Source: Prasinococcaceae sp. CCMP 1430
Taxonomy: Eukaryota > Plantae > Prasinodermophyta
Reading direction: 5' to 3'
Length of the DNA stretch: 54,762 nucleotides
Assembly (NCBI GenBank): GCA_013416795.1
Contig: RQSC01000750.1
Span: 126,946 to 181,707 of the forward strand
In this document: one piece after another, positions 10,171 through 20,372 of the stretch
How the letters are laid out: every line of letters starts with the position of its first letter
How positions within the stretch are numbered: the first letter of the stretch is position 1
Made by a program: the position numbers and the translations under genes
The notes under the pieces: model-generated
What the model saw: the letters and a program-made list of their open reading frames with translations, nothing else
Told to the model about the DNA's origin: nothing
The model's database searches: none

Positions 10171-12327
10171 ATGGGTTCCGTATTTATACCGGGTTCATTG
10201 CGCGAATCCTTCCCCGGTGAGTGGGCGCGCGACGACGTCCAATACGGGTTCCAGCGGGGCCCGCGGCGGCCGGAGCCGCCGCCGCCCCCCTCGCGGCGGC
10301 GGCGCGCTCTTTTCCCGCCGAATTGGCGGATTTTGCGGGCAATTTGGCGCGCTTTTCCGTATTTTTGTGGTTCGGGGCAGGGCGGCGCGCGCGTCCGCCG
10401 CGCGTTTCGGCGGCCGCGGTTTCGGATCGCCTGCGCAGCCGCCGCCGGTGCGCGCGCGCTCGCGTGTGTGTGGGGTCGTGCTGTAGCCGACGCCGCGGCC
10501 GCCGAGGGCGCCGAGGGCAGCGACGCGCCGGACGCCGCGGCGGGCAAGCCCGAGAAGAAGAAGCGCGTCTCGCGCTTCGGCAAGAAGAAGGACAAGAAGG
10601 CCGACAAGCTGGCCGACGACCTCGCGGACACCAAGCTCGATGACGGCCAGTACCGGGACAACATCCAGCGAACGGTGACTGGCGTGCTCGCGTCGCGCCC
10701 GACGTCCAAGGACATCAAAATCTCCTCGTTCTCGATGGTGCTGAACGGCCAGGAGCTCGTGCAGGACTGCCTCATCGAGCTCACCGTCGGCCGCCGCTAC
10801 GGCCTGCTCGGCAAGAACGGCTGCGGCAAGACCAACTTCCTGCAGGTGCTGGCGAACCGCGAGGTCCCCATCCCGGAGCACGTCGACCTGTACCACCTGC
10901 ACGAGGAGGCGGCGCCGACGGATCGCACCGCGCTTGAGAGCGTGGTCGACCACGTCAAAGCTGAGGTCAAGCGCCTGGAGGAGCTGGAGGCCACCATCAT
11001 GGAGACCTCGGGTCCCGAGGACGAGCGCCTGCTCGACGTGTACGACCGCCTGGAGGAGCTCGACCCGTCGACGTTCGAGAGCCGCGCGGCCGAGCTGCTG
11101 CACGGCCTGGGCTTCTCCAAGAAAATGATGGCGAAGGCGACTAAGGACATGTCCGGCGGCTGGCGCATGCGCGTGTCGCTGGCGCGCGCGCTCTTCGCCG
11201 CGCCCACGCTGCTGCTGCTCGATGAGCCCACCAATCACCTCGATCTCGAGGCGTGCGTGTGGCTGGAGAACTACCTGAAAAACTACAAGAAGTGCCTCAT
11301 CATGATCTCCCACTCGCAGGACTTCCTCGACGGCGTGTGCACTAACATCATTTGGATGACGCAGAGGCGCCTCAAGTACTACACGGGCAACTACACCACC
11401 TTCCAGCGCACGGTGCGCGAGGAGGAGACCATCCAGCAGAAGGCGTATGAGAAGGAGCAGGAGGACATCCGTCACCTCAAGCAGTTCATCGCCTCGTGCG
11501 GTACCTACTCCAACCTCGTGAAGCAGGCCAAGTCCAAGCAGAAGATTCTGGACAAGATGGAGGCCGCGGGCCTCACCCCCCCGGTCGTGCGCGAGCACGA
11601 CTTCACCTTCCGTTTCCCCGACTGCGAACCTCTCCCGCCGCCCGTGCTGCCCTTCACCGACGTCTACTTCTCGTACAATGGCAGCATGGAGGATACGGAC
11701 CTGCTGTACAAGGACGTGTCGCTCGGTGTGGACTGCGACAGCCGTGTGGCACTGGTGGGCCCCAATGGCGCTGGCAAGTCGACGCTCATGAAACTCATGG
11801 TCGGCGACCTCACGCCCACTAGGGGCACCGTCACGCGCCACCCGCACTTGTCGATCGCGCGTTTCCACCAGCACTCGACGGAGGTGCTCGACAACGACAT
11901 GACGGTCCTCGACTACATGATGCACACCTACCCCAACACGCTGAAGTTCACGCGCAGCCTGGAGGAGTGGCGCGGGTTTCTGGGCCGCTACGGCGTCTCG
12001 GGCCGGATGCAAACCACCAAGATCGGCTGCCTGTCGGAGGGCCAGAAGTGTCGGATCGTGTTCGCGTGCATGTGCATGGGCAACCCCAACCTGCTGCTGC
12101 TTGACGAGCCCACTAACCATCTGGACATCGAAGCCATCGACTCGCTCGCCGATGCCATTAACGCTTTCAAGGGCGGCGTTGTGCTCGTTTCGCACGACTT
12201 CCGGCTGATCGACCAAGTCGCGAAGGAGATCTGGGTGTGCGAGAACTGGAAGGTCACGCCGTGGAAGCAGGACATCCGCTCGTACAAAAAACTGCTCGCC
12301 AAGAAGGTGATGGGCGACAAGGCGTGA
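10171..12327 (+). CDS. ABCF2: ABC-F family ATPase, ABCF2/ARB1 type; start uncertain (proposed exons 10171-10174 and 10487-12327, 614 aa)
   Basis: Two ABC domains and no TM segments: GRRYGLLGKNGCGKT, MSGGWRMR, LLLDEPTNHLD, GPNGAGKST, LSEGQKCR. RTVTGVL..P precedes the first domain as in ABCF2. No in-frame ATG between 10174 and 10735. Confidence 0.9.
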   Translation: MGSVFIPGSLRESFPGEWARDDVQYGFQRGPRRPEPPPPPSRRRRALFPPNWRILRAIWRAFPYFCGSGQGGARVRRAFRRPRFRIACAAAAGARALACVWGRAVADAAAAEGAEGSDAPDAAAGKPEKKKRVSRFGKKKDKKADKLADDLADTKLDDGQYRDNIQRTVTGVLASRPTSKDIKISSFSMVLNGQELVQDCLIELTVGRRYGLLGKNGCGKTNFLQVLANREVPIPEHVDLYHLHEEAAPTDRTALESVVDHVKAEVKRLEELEATIMETSGPEDERLLDVYDRLEELDPSTFESRAAELLHGLGFSKKMMAKATKDMSGGWRMRVSLARALFAAPTLLLLDEPTNHLDLEACVWLENYLKNYKKCLIMISHSQDFLDGVCTNIIWMTQRRLKYYTGNYTTFQRTVREEETIQQKAYEKEQEDIRHLKQFIASCGTYSNLVKQAKSKQKILDKMEAAGLTPPVVREHDFTFRFPDCEPLPPPVLPFTDVYFSYNGSMEDTDLLYKDVSLGVDCDSRVALVGPNGAGKSTLMKLMVGDLTPTRGTVTRHPHLSIARFHQHSTEVLDNDMTVLDYMMHTYPNTLKFTRSLEEWRGFLGRYGVSGRMQTTKIGCLSEGQKCRIVFACMCMGNPNLLLLDEPTNHLDIEAIDSLADAINAFKGGVVLVSHDFRLIDQVAKEIWVCENWKVTPWKQDIRSYKKLLAKKVMGDKA

Positions 12328-13468
12328 GCCCGTCGGGGTTCTGCGCCCGCCGCATCGGGGGTCGCCACCACGGCGCAGCGCGTGGTGCCCAGGGCGTGCG
12401 GCCACAGCCGGTCGATCGTGCGGAGCCTGGCTTCCTACTGCGGTGGATTTGTTCATTTTTTGCCCCAACGGGGCACAGGGGTGGCTTGGTTGCAGCTCCC
12501 TCAGGCGAGGCCTAGAGGCGCCCTGCCCACCCACTCCACCTCCTCCCCTGCACCCCTCCCTGTCCTGCCCTCATTAACAGAAAACTCATTCGTACAATGA
12601 CATAAACGCTATGTGCGCGCAGACCACATCGAGTACAATTGAGATATTACATGGCGAGGCCGTGCGGCGGGGGCACAGGGGTCGACGCGCCCTGCCGAGG
12701 GAGCGGGGCACGGCGATGGCGGCGGCGACGGGAATAGGGGCTATGGTCAGCGTCGCTCGCCCATAGCATGCAACGAGCGGCGCATGCACAGCGCCCCGTC
12801 CTCAGCAGTTAGAGTATCAATGTCTTCGATCACGGGTGGTCTGTAGAACGAAAGTTTGATTGGAAACATCAAAGGAGGAGGCGGTTGAACCTCCGTGACG
12901 CGAGGGCGCAGCTTGGTGAGCGCACACTCGACGCACCGTCGATACATGAGCCACAAATGAGCCCACCCTGAGCCTGCGGCGGTCACTGCGCACGCGCCCA
13001 TGGCTGAGGCGATCGGCAGCAGGAGGCACGTCAGCTACGGTGCGCAAGCAACAGCATGCGCGTGCTGTCGCTCCGCTAGCAGAAGAGTCAGTGTAGATAA
13101 CGAGTTGTGAAATCATCGCGAAGAACAAGGGGCCAAGTGGCCCACTTCTTCCCGCTACTTAGGTGTCCTGTGAATTGCAGAGAGGCGGCGACGAGCGCGT
13201 CAGCGCGACGCCGTGCTTCCCGACCCGCGAGGGCGTGGGGAGAATGGGCGCTCAACCACGCACGCGCACGAAGGACTCGCATTCAGAACACCGGGATAAA
13301 GCGGGTGCTCTGTCAAGTGTCAAAGAGCGCGAGCAACACGTACCTAAGATATGTATGGTCGTCCTCCTCTTCCTTCTTTCTTTCTTTCTCCCTTCCTTCA
13401 CGAAAGCGCAACACATACCTTGATACTCCAAACGGCTCGCAAGGGGTACGGTGCGTGTGCGCACGTGT

Positions 13469-13470
<2 letters not shown>

Positions 13471-13521
<51 letters not shown>
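13471..13521. repeat. Poly-C run (about 51 nt)
   Basis: Read directly; the length may be an assembly artefact. Confidence 0.9.
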
Positions 13522-13605
13522 ACCACCCGCCTGGCCGCCGCCGCCCTTCCGCTTCTTGCTGTCGGCGTCCTCGAAGTAGTGTACAGAAGCAAAGTGGCCG
13601 CTTGC

Positions 13606-14607
13606 TCAAGAAGCATCGACATCCGTGTCCTCGGCGATGGCTTTGCCTACAGCAGCCCTGTCCTTCTTGGAGAGCATACCCTTCATCTTGTACGTGGTCT
13701 GCACCATGTCGTCCACGGACTGCCTTGGCACGTACACCTTGCCCAACGTGCCCTCAAGCAGGTCGCCCTTCACATTCTTGCGCTTCTTCTCCATGGCGAC
13801 CGCCGTCTTGACAACGGCCTCCTTGGCCACGTCTGCTGCGGCCGGCTGGTGCCGGCGCAGCTCGAGTTCGAAGGTGGGTCCCATGCGTTCGAGCTCGACG
13901 CGCGGCACGCGCGAGCCCGCCGCGCCCTTCTTGAGGCGCACCTTGCACAGGTGCAGGTGCACTTGCTTGCCCGGCGGTGCCGCACACACCCAGCAGCTGT
14001 CAAGCGCCTTAAGGTTGACTTCGTTCACCACGCGCCCGCGGAACATGTCGAGCAGCATGGAGCGCAGCGTGGCGTGCGGCGCGCTCAGGTCGAACTCGTC
14101 GCCAAGGAAGACGAAGCACGGCTTCTGGCCTGCAGCAGACGCGTTGGCGGCATACTTCGACAGGCCGAGCTTGGTGTAGGCGCTCACACCCACCTCGAGC
14201 ATGTCATACACCCGCCCGTCGTAGATGCGCCCCAGCGTGAGGTTGTGCTCGCGCTTCTTCGAGTGCGACGCCATCACAAAGATGCCCGCGTCGGCGCGCT
14301 CGCACAGGAACTCGAGGCTGGATGCACTCTCGCTCTCGAATGGATGGAGCTCATTGGGCTTCGTCAGGCGCTGCACGTCACCGCCGACCTTCTTGAGCCG
14401 ATGAATCTCGGAGAGGACGTCCTTGGTGACCTGGGACACCTTGGTTCCCTGGAAGAGGAGCGTGGCCTTGGGGCCCTCCACCATCTGCGGCTCGCGCGCG
14501 GCGAGCGCGCGCCGCGCCTTGCCCGACTTGCCGCGCCGCGCGAGCTTGCCCGTCGCCCCGAGCGCGCGCGCCTCGCTGCGCAGGTCGACCTTCCCAGGCT
14601 TACCCAT
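13606..14607 (-). CDS. RPF2: Ribosome production factor 2 (Brix domain)
   Basis: REPQMVEGPK..L, HPFES..SLEFL, SHSKKREHNLTLGR.YD..VYDMLE, PRVELERMGP, KNV..D..G..LGKVYVPRQ. Confidence 0.9.
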   Translation of the reverse strand: MGKPGKVDLRSEARALGATGKLARRGKSGKARRALAAREPQMVEGPKATLLFQGTKVSQVTKDVLSEIHRLKKVGGDVQRLTKPNELHPFESESASSLEFLCERADAGIFVMASHSKKREHNLTLGRIYDGRVYDMLEVGVSAYTKLGLSKYAANASAAGQKPCFVFLGDEFDLSAPHATLRSMLLDMFRGRVVNEVNLKALDSCWVCAAPPGKQVHLHLCKVRLKKGAAGSRVPRVELERMGPTFELELRRHQPAAADVAKEAVVKTAVAMEKKRKNVKGDLLEGTLGKVYVPRQSVDDMVQTTYKMKGMLSKKDRAAVGKAIAEDTDVDAS

Positions 14608-15294
14608 GGATGCCGCTACGGCCGCAGTGTCGCGCGCCCACGAGAGCACAGGATAGCCACGTTTCCTCTCGGATGCCAATAACGCCAGCCTCGCGCTCCA
14701 CCTGCTTGGCAGCCAGCTCAGCCTCGAAGCCCACCGCCGCCAGCCGCCAGGGCCCACAGCACCACCGCCGAGGCAGCGGTTTTCGGCCGCCCGAAACCGG
14801 AATTTCTGGGGCGCCTCGCAACCCCTCACACGACCCTTCCCGAAAACACGCGAAGAATTTCAACCCGGTTTGTGTGGGGGGCGTGCCCCCCCAGGGGCCG
14901 CAATAAAAAACAAATAAATCAAAATCAAAATCCGACGCGGTCGGTCGATCGACACAGGTGCAAATCAATGTAACTTAACGATCGAATTGACTTCTGCAGT
15001 TTCAGAAACAATGAAAATAGACGTCAAAAATGCAGAACTCCCTCCGAAATGCTGCAGAAGCCGGTGCGCGATCGGCTGGTGCGCCACATCGCGCGCGGCA
15101 GCGGCGTGCCCCCCCTCCCCCCCCCCCCCGCTCCTTCACGTGAGGCCGCTGAGGAGGGGGAGCAGGAAGGCGCGAGCGCGCGAGTTTGTGCTTGCGCGCG
15201 CAAGGATTCGCGCGCGCCGAGCAGGAGGAAAGGCGGGGGCGGCGGCCGGGGAGCGGAGGGGCGAGAGGGGCGGCCGTGCGGCAGGCCGGCGGCG

Positions 15295-16794
15295 ATGGCG
15301 GCGCGGCGCGGAATGATGATGGCGGCGGCGGCGGCGGCGCGTGCGGCGGCACCGCCAGTGGCTGAGGGCGGGTGCGTGCGCGCATGCGTGGCAGGCTCGA
15401 TGCTAGTACGCCGGACTCCTCCGCCCACGCGCGCGTACGTGACGGTCAGCGGTGTGGGGCGCGGCGCCTGCTGCGTGCATCCCCTCCCCAACCGCTAGGG
15501 TTGATGCCGACTGCGCGATCCTGCGCCGCCCGCTGACGTGCGGCGCCCGCGGTGTCCCGTGCGCTGCTCTCGTACACACGCGTGTCCATGCTTCCGCGCG
15601 CGTGCACGCCGCAGGCTGCGCTCGCTGCTGCTGGGCGCAGGCGCGCGCGCGCGCTCGCAGTGGTGGCCCTTGCGCCCGCAGGCCGCGTCGTTCGCCGCGG
15701 CGGCCGACGCTGGCGCAGGCGAAGAGAAGCCGGTGTCAGCAAAGGGGCGGCGTGCGAAGAAAGGCAAGGCGAAGAAGGGCGCCACTGCCAGGGGAGGAGC
15801 GCAGACCGAGGGCGCCGGCGGCGGCGACGACGAGTTTTCGCGCGCGACTGAGGAGGCGGCCGCCGGCGCGCAGTTCGCAGCAGACTCGGCGAAGCAGGCG
15901 GCGTCGCAGGCGCGTGGCGCTTTCGCCTCGTTGACGAGCGGCTTCTCGCTGGGTTCCATCGCCTCCGCTGCTCGGGAAGAGTTTGAAGCGGTCTTTCTCT
16001 CGCCCGAGGAGGGCGTTGCTCGCAAACGTGAGGGCATCGACCCCAAGGCGGCGGCGGCCAACCCGGATGCGGGCTCGGCGCTCGTGCAGTCGTCACGTCC
16101 GAAGAGCACCTTCGAGCGGCTGCGCGACGCGGCCACGGACAACGAGTACGTGTCGCGGGTGCGTTCGAGCGATGCCTACAGGAGCGCCGCGGGCAAGGTG
16201 AGCGACTTCACCAACGACATGCGCGAGCGCTGGGAGACGTCGGACAACGCTGTCGTGCATAGAATCCAGGACTACTGGGACAGCATGTCGACGGAGACAG
16301 AGAAGGCGCAGGCGCAGCGCATCGCGCGCGAGCGGGAGCCCGGCCTGTCATTCCCCAACCTCGTCGCGGAAATCCGCTCGCAGATCCCGCACGTGCTCGC
16401 GGCGCACGCGACCGGTGACCTTAGCGCCATCGAGCAGTATTGCGCGCCCGAGATGATCGAGCGCCTCACCGCCGAAAAGGCTGCGCTCGAGGCGCAGAAG
16501 AGCTCGTGGGATCCGCAGGTGCTCGACGTGCACGATGTCTCGCTCTTTGACGTCAAGCTCATCGAGGACGACCCAATCGTGGTGGTGCACTTTGTCGCGC
16601 AGCAGCTGTACTGCCTCCGCGACGCGCAGGGAAACGTTGTGGAGGGCGCCGAGGACGACATCCGCGAGTTTTACTACGCCTTCGTATATGTCCAGGGGGA
16701 GACACAAGAGTACCACGAAGAGACGGGTGAAGCTCTCCCGCGTTGGAAGCTCTTGTTCATGGCACTGCAGGGCACGCAGCAGCTCGTGTCGTGA
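15295..16794 (+). CDS. TIM44: Mitochondrial import inner membrane translocase subunit TIM44; exons 15295-15371 and 15615-16794
   Basis: C-terminal Tim44 domain (QYCAPEM, VVHFVAQQLYCLRD..G.VVEG..DDIR). A phase-2 GTGCGT..CAG intron joins an Ala/Arg-rich presequence in frame. Confidence 0.85.
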
Positions 16795-17176
16795 TATTTT
16801 TTGCAGGGCATCCCGTATGACGATATTTTTTTGGTTGCGCGCTCTGCCGCCCAGAACAGCTGCCTGCGCGCATCGCAGTCGCGCTCTAGCACGTGCTCTC
16901 CCGCCCGCGTGTGGCCGTGCTCGTGCGCGCCCGCCCGCAGGCTGTCCGCGCTCTTGCCTGCACATGCTTGCGCGTGCACGTGTGCACGGATTCGCACTCA
17001 AGCATGCATGCATAGTGACCATGCCCGGTTATGCACTGTGCTCTTGGATTCGTTCCGTGCAGGATCATATTCTATGTTTGCGCCACGGCAGTGCGCCACA
17101 CCGCAGACGCAGCGGGCGCGAGGGCCACGCGTCGGCGTCGCCCCTGGCGACGTCGCTTTGATATTGCGCGTGCGCC

Positions 17177-18052
17177 ATGCTCGACGTCGCGCGCTACGAC
17201 TTGCGTGACGCCGAGCTCGTGACGCGCTGCCGTGCGGCGCTCGAGGAGCGCGGCGCTGTGCACTTGAGCGGGTTCATGAATACCGCAGACGCGGCGGCAG
17301 ACGGCGCGCGCATGGAGGCGCTTGCACGGTCGGGCTGCGCGTATCGCGCCGAGGCGCGGCACAACGTGCTCCTCGAGGACAGCAACGCCGCAGGAGGGCA
17401 AGCCGCACTGGCCTCGCCGGGCGGCGCGACCCATACCCAGTTGCGCAGCTTGAAGAGTTGCATAGCCGGCGACCGTGTGCCGCCCGACAGCTCCGTGGCG
17501 GCTCTCTATGCCTCCGACGAGCTGCTTGACTTCGTCAGCGCCGTCGCCTCGCCTGGAGGTGGCAGCGAGGGTGGCGATGGCTCGGATGCGGGCGCCGTTG
17601 GCGCCGTGCCGCGCTGGTACAGGACGGCCGACGCACTCGGTGCGCTAAACGTGCATGTGTATGAGAACAACGACGAGCTCAACTGGCATTGGGATAGAGG
17701 CGAGCTGGCGGTCACGCTACTCCTGCAGGCCCCACAGGCTGGCGGGCGGTTCGAATACGTCCGCCGCCCGCGGCCGCCGGGCGACGCTTGCGTGGCAGAG
17801 GAGATCGCTGCCGCCGTCCTTGGCGCCGATGGTGGTGAGCACGGGGGTAGCGACGGCGACGGCAGCATTATTGAAAGCATCGACCTCGCACCTGGCTCTC
17901 TGCTCTTGCTGCGGGGCCAAAGGCATCTTCATAGGGTCACACCAGTCAATGGTGCCCGTGCGCGGGTGCTCGCTGTGTTGAGCTACGAGTCGAAGCCCGG
18001 TCGCATGCTCAATGCCTACACCCGCGAGCGCTTTTACGGCCGGCAGGGGTAG
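17177..18052 (+). CDS. Fe(II)/2-oxoglutarate-dependent oxygenase, BesD/HalD-like fold, HxD type
   Basis: LNWHWD...VTLLLQAP..GG.FEY, LAPGSLLLLRG..HLHRVTPV and R..AVLSY give a jelly-roll with an H-x-D...H triad. Intronless. Confidence 0.75.
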   Translation: MLDVARYDLRDAELVTRCRAALEERGAVHLSGFMNTADAAADGARMEALARSGCAYRAEARHNVLLEDSNAAGGQAALASPGGATHTQLRSLKSCIAGDRVPPDSSVAALYASDELLDFVSAVASPGGGSEGGDGSDAGAVGAVPRWYRTADALGALNVHVYENNDELNWHWDRGELAVTLLLQAPQAGGRFEYVRRPRPPGDACVAEEIAAAVLGADGGEHGGSDGDGSIIESIDLAPGSLLLLRGQRHLHRVTPVNGARARVLAVLSYESKPGRMLNAYTRERFYGRQG

Positions 18053-18194
18053 CCCGTAGCTGTTGTACAATGTGTGATCTTATTACGACCCTCGTGCCCC
18101 GCTCGTGCTCGGGACGCCGGCCTTGTGTGCGCCGTGCCGCCGCGTTGGCCGCGTTTGTCGGAGCGCCCTTAGTGTGGCACGCGACACGATCGAG

Positions 18195-19904
18195 TCACGC
18201 CTCGCCCGCGGCGGCGGCCGCCCACCTCCTGAGCGCCGTTTCCTCACCCTCCCTGGGCTTGTGCAGCTCCTCGCACAGCTCGAAGACCTTGACCTCGCCG
18301 CGTGCGCCTGTGGCGGCGAGCAGCTCAGGGAAGCGCGCGTTGAAAGCGATCGAGTGAACGGCGCCCTTTGTGCCGCACGCATCGAGCACAGCGATGGGAT
18401 GCAACGCGCTCGCGCCCAGGTCGTAGACGTGCACGCGGCCGTCCAGGGCTCCCGCTGCGAGCACCATGGGACGCGAAGCGCTCCAGCGCACACTGTAGAG
18501 AGCGCCATCGGCAGGTTCAAGCATCTTGATGGCAGTAAGCGTGTTGACGTGGTGCAAGCGCATCGCGCCGTCTGCGCCGGCGGTGGCGAACAGCTGCGGC
18601 GCGAACGACGAGAATGCACACGCGTGCACCGGGCCCTCGTGCGCCTCGTGCGACGCCTGGATGGGCGTGCGCATTTCGGCTCTCTCACGCTCGTAGGCGT
18701 CCTCCGCCAGAGCCTGCCGACGGAAGTCTTCTTCCATCGCCTGCGTGTGCTGCATGCGGCAACGGAAAACCGCGCCGCCCTCGGTGCCCACCAGGAACCC
18801 CGCGTTTGTTCCGCCACCGCCGCCCTCGCCGTGCAGCGCGAGGCATGAGCCCCCCCATCGCAAGCGCCTTTTCGTGCGCGGGTGGGCGTGCCACAGCTCG
18901 TAAGCGTATAGCGGCGCCGACAGATCCGTCCAGCGCCACACGAGCACACGCCCGTCGCCCGCAACAGACACCAGCTTGTACGCCTCCTCGCGTCGGCTGT
19001 GCGCGGCAGCCTCCCCCACATCCCATACCCACTCGACAGCAGTGACGGGCTCGCGGTGACTGGCGGCGCAGCAGCGCGATACGCCTCGCCCGGACCGCAG
19101 CGGATCGCCTGCGCCGTCGGCTAGACTCATGTCTGCAACGATGACCTCGCCGTCGAACGTGCCCGCGGCGACGAGGGCCGGGTGCGCAGGACAGCATGCG
19201 ATGGCCAGCGCACACGAGCCCAATTGCACGGCGCTGTCGGGCTTCTGGTCGTCGACCTCGTGCCGCGCGAGATTCCACAGTGACAGCCGGCCGCGGTGCG
19301 CGCACCAGCCGTCGATGTCGAAGCGGCCGTATGCCACGCAGAGCACTGAGCCCGTGCTCGACCACGCGACAGCCGATGCCACGAGCCCCTCCTTGTCGGA
19401 CGCCTCAGCGTCGCGCACCACGTGCAGCTCGTGTGCAGCCTCGGGCAGCGACGTGCGCGCGCGCGGCGCGGTGCCCGCCGCGCCCGCCAAGAATGCACGC
19501 GATGTCGAATTGGCGCGCAGCGCCCCTTCCATCTTGGGTGCCGCCACACGCATTGCGTCGAGCAGTGCGCCATCTTCGGCTACGTGCAGTCCGAGGTGCG
19601 CGAACGCGCCGAGCGGCTCGCTCTGCTCGCCGGCGTCAGCCCGCTCGACCGCCTGCCCCCCATGCTCCGCCGTGCGCGGTGGCACCGTCTGCGCACTCGC
19701 GTCGGACGATCTCGCTCTCTGTGCGTCTACGCCGCCGCCCGCTACATCCACCCCGCCGCAGCTGGCCGCGTCGCAGTCGGCGAGGCCGAACGCGTCGGGC
19801 GCCTTCCTGGCAGGCTTTTGCAAAGGCGCGGCTGCGGCGCCCGCGCCGGCACCCAGCTGCTGCGACGGCGCTTGGGACAGGGCGACGCCGCCCCCGCCGC
19901 TCAT
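18195..19904 (-). CDS. WDR34: WD-repeat dynein-2 (IFT dynein) intermediate chain, WDR34/FAP133-like
   Basis: VAYGRFDIDGWC.H.G.L..WNL, PALVAAGTFDGEV, HREPV..VEW, FLVGTEGG.VFRC, HEGPVH..FS.F...LF.TAGADG, VRWS..RP.VLAAG. Confidence 0.82.
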   Translation of the reverse strand: MSGGGGVALSQAPSQQLGAGAGAAAAPLQKPARKAPDAFGLADCDAASCGGVDVAGGGVDAQRARSSDASAQTVPPRTAEHGGQAVERADAGEQSEPLGAFAHLGLHVAEDGALLDAMRVAAPKMEGALRANSTSRAFLAGAAGTAPRARTSLPEAAHELHVVRDAEASDKEGLVASAVAWSSTGSVLCVAYGRFDIDGWCAHRGRLSLWNLARHEVDDQKPDSAVQLGSCALAIACCPAHPALVAAGTFDGEVIVADMSLADGAGDPLRSGRGVSRCCAASHREPVTAVEWVWDVGEAAAHSRREEAYKLVSVAGDGRVLVWRWTDLSAPLYAYELWHAHPRTKRRLRWGGSCLALHGEGGGGGTNAGFLVGTEGGAVFRCRMQHTQAMEEDFRRQALAEDAYERERAEMRTPIQASHEAHEGPVHACAFSSFAPQLFATAGADGAMRLHHVNTLTAIKMLEPADGALYSVRWSASRPMVLAAGALDGRVHVYDLGASALHPIAVLDACGTKGAVHSIAFNARFPELLAATGARGEVKVFELCEELHKPREGEETALRRWAAAAAGEA

Positions 19905-20372
19905 GACCGCCCCTTTCTCCGCAGAGCCCCCTGCCCACCCTCCTTCACCCCGCGCAGCGTCCGCAAGGACTGGCGGCAGGCACGGCGGTCAGCACACGCG
20001 CCCGCGGCAGCGTTCGGGGAACCCGCGCATTTCAAAAACAGTGGAGAGGTCGCATCGCCATCAAATTGAATTGCAAGCAACGATTGATCTCGTTTGGTAT
20101 CATGGCCTCGTGCGGGAGCGCCAAAAAAGCGCAGAGGGCGCCGCGGGCGCCACAGCGCGGGCGCCGGCCGCTGCTGGGCGCGGCGCGGCGGAAGTGGGGG
20201 AGGAGGCGGAGGTTGCACGTCTGTGGGGAGAGAACGAGGCGGAGGGGGGGGGGAGGGGTTGCTTACCCCTCACCCCCACGCGCCCACGCACCCCGTCTGT
20301 GTGCGCAGGCGCTCGCTGTGCGCGCGCAACATGCGCGGGCGGGGGGCGGGCGGGGGGCGGGAGGGGCTGTCC

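Noticed and set aside
12817-13128. LVIYTDSS resembling a retroelement RNase H motif
   Set aside because: A single short motif with no other RNase H, RT or integrase residues and no terminal repeats.
13168-13181. 13-nt identity to 5.8S rRNA (TGTGAATTGCAGA), suggesting a snoRNA guide on the minus strand
   Set aside because: No D box at the required spacing, and the site also reads as an ordinary pyrimidine-tract acceptor; most likely chance.
17177-18052. Calling the oxygenase a halogenase
   Set aside because: The metal motif is H-W-D, not the H-x-G/A needed for halide coordination.
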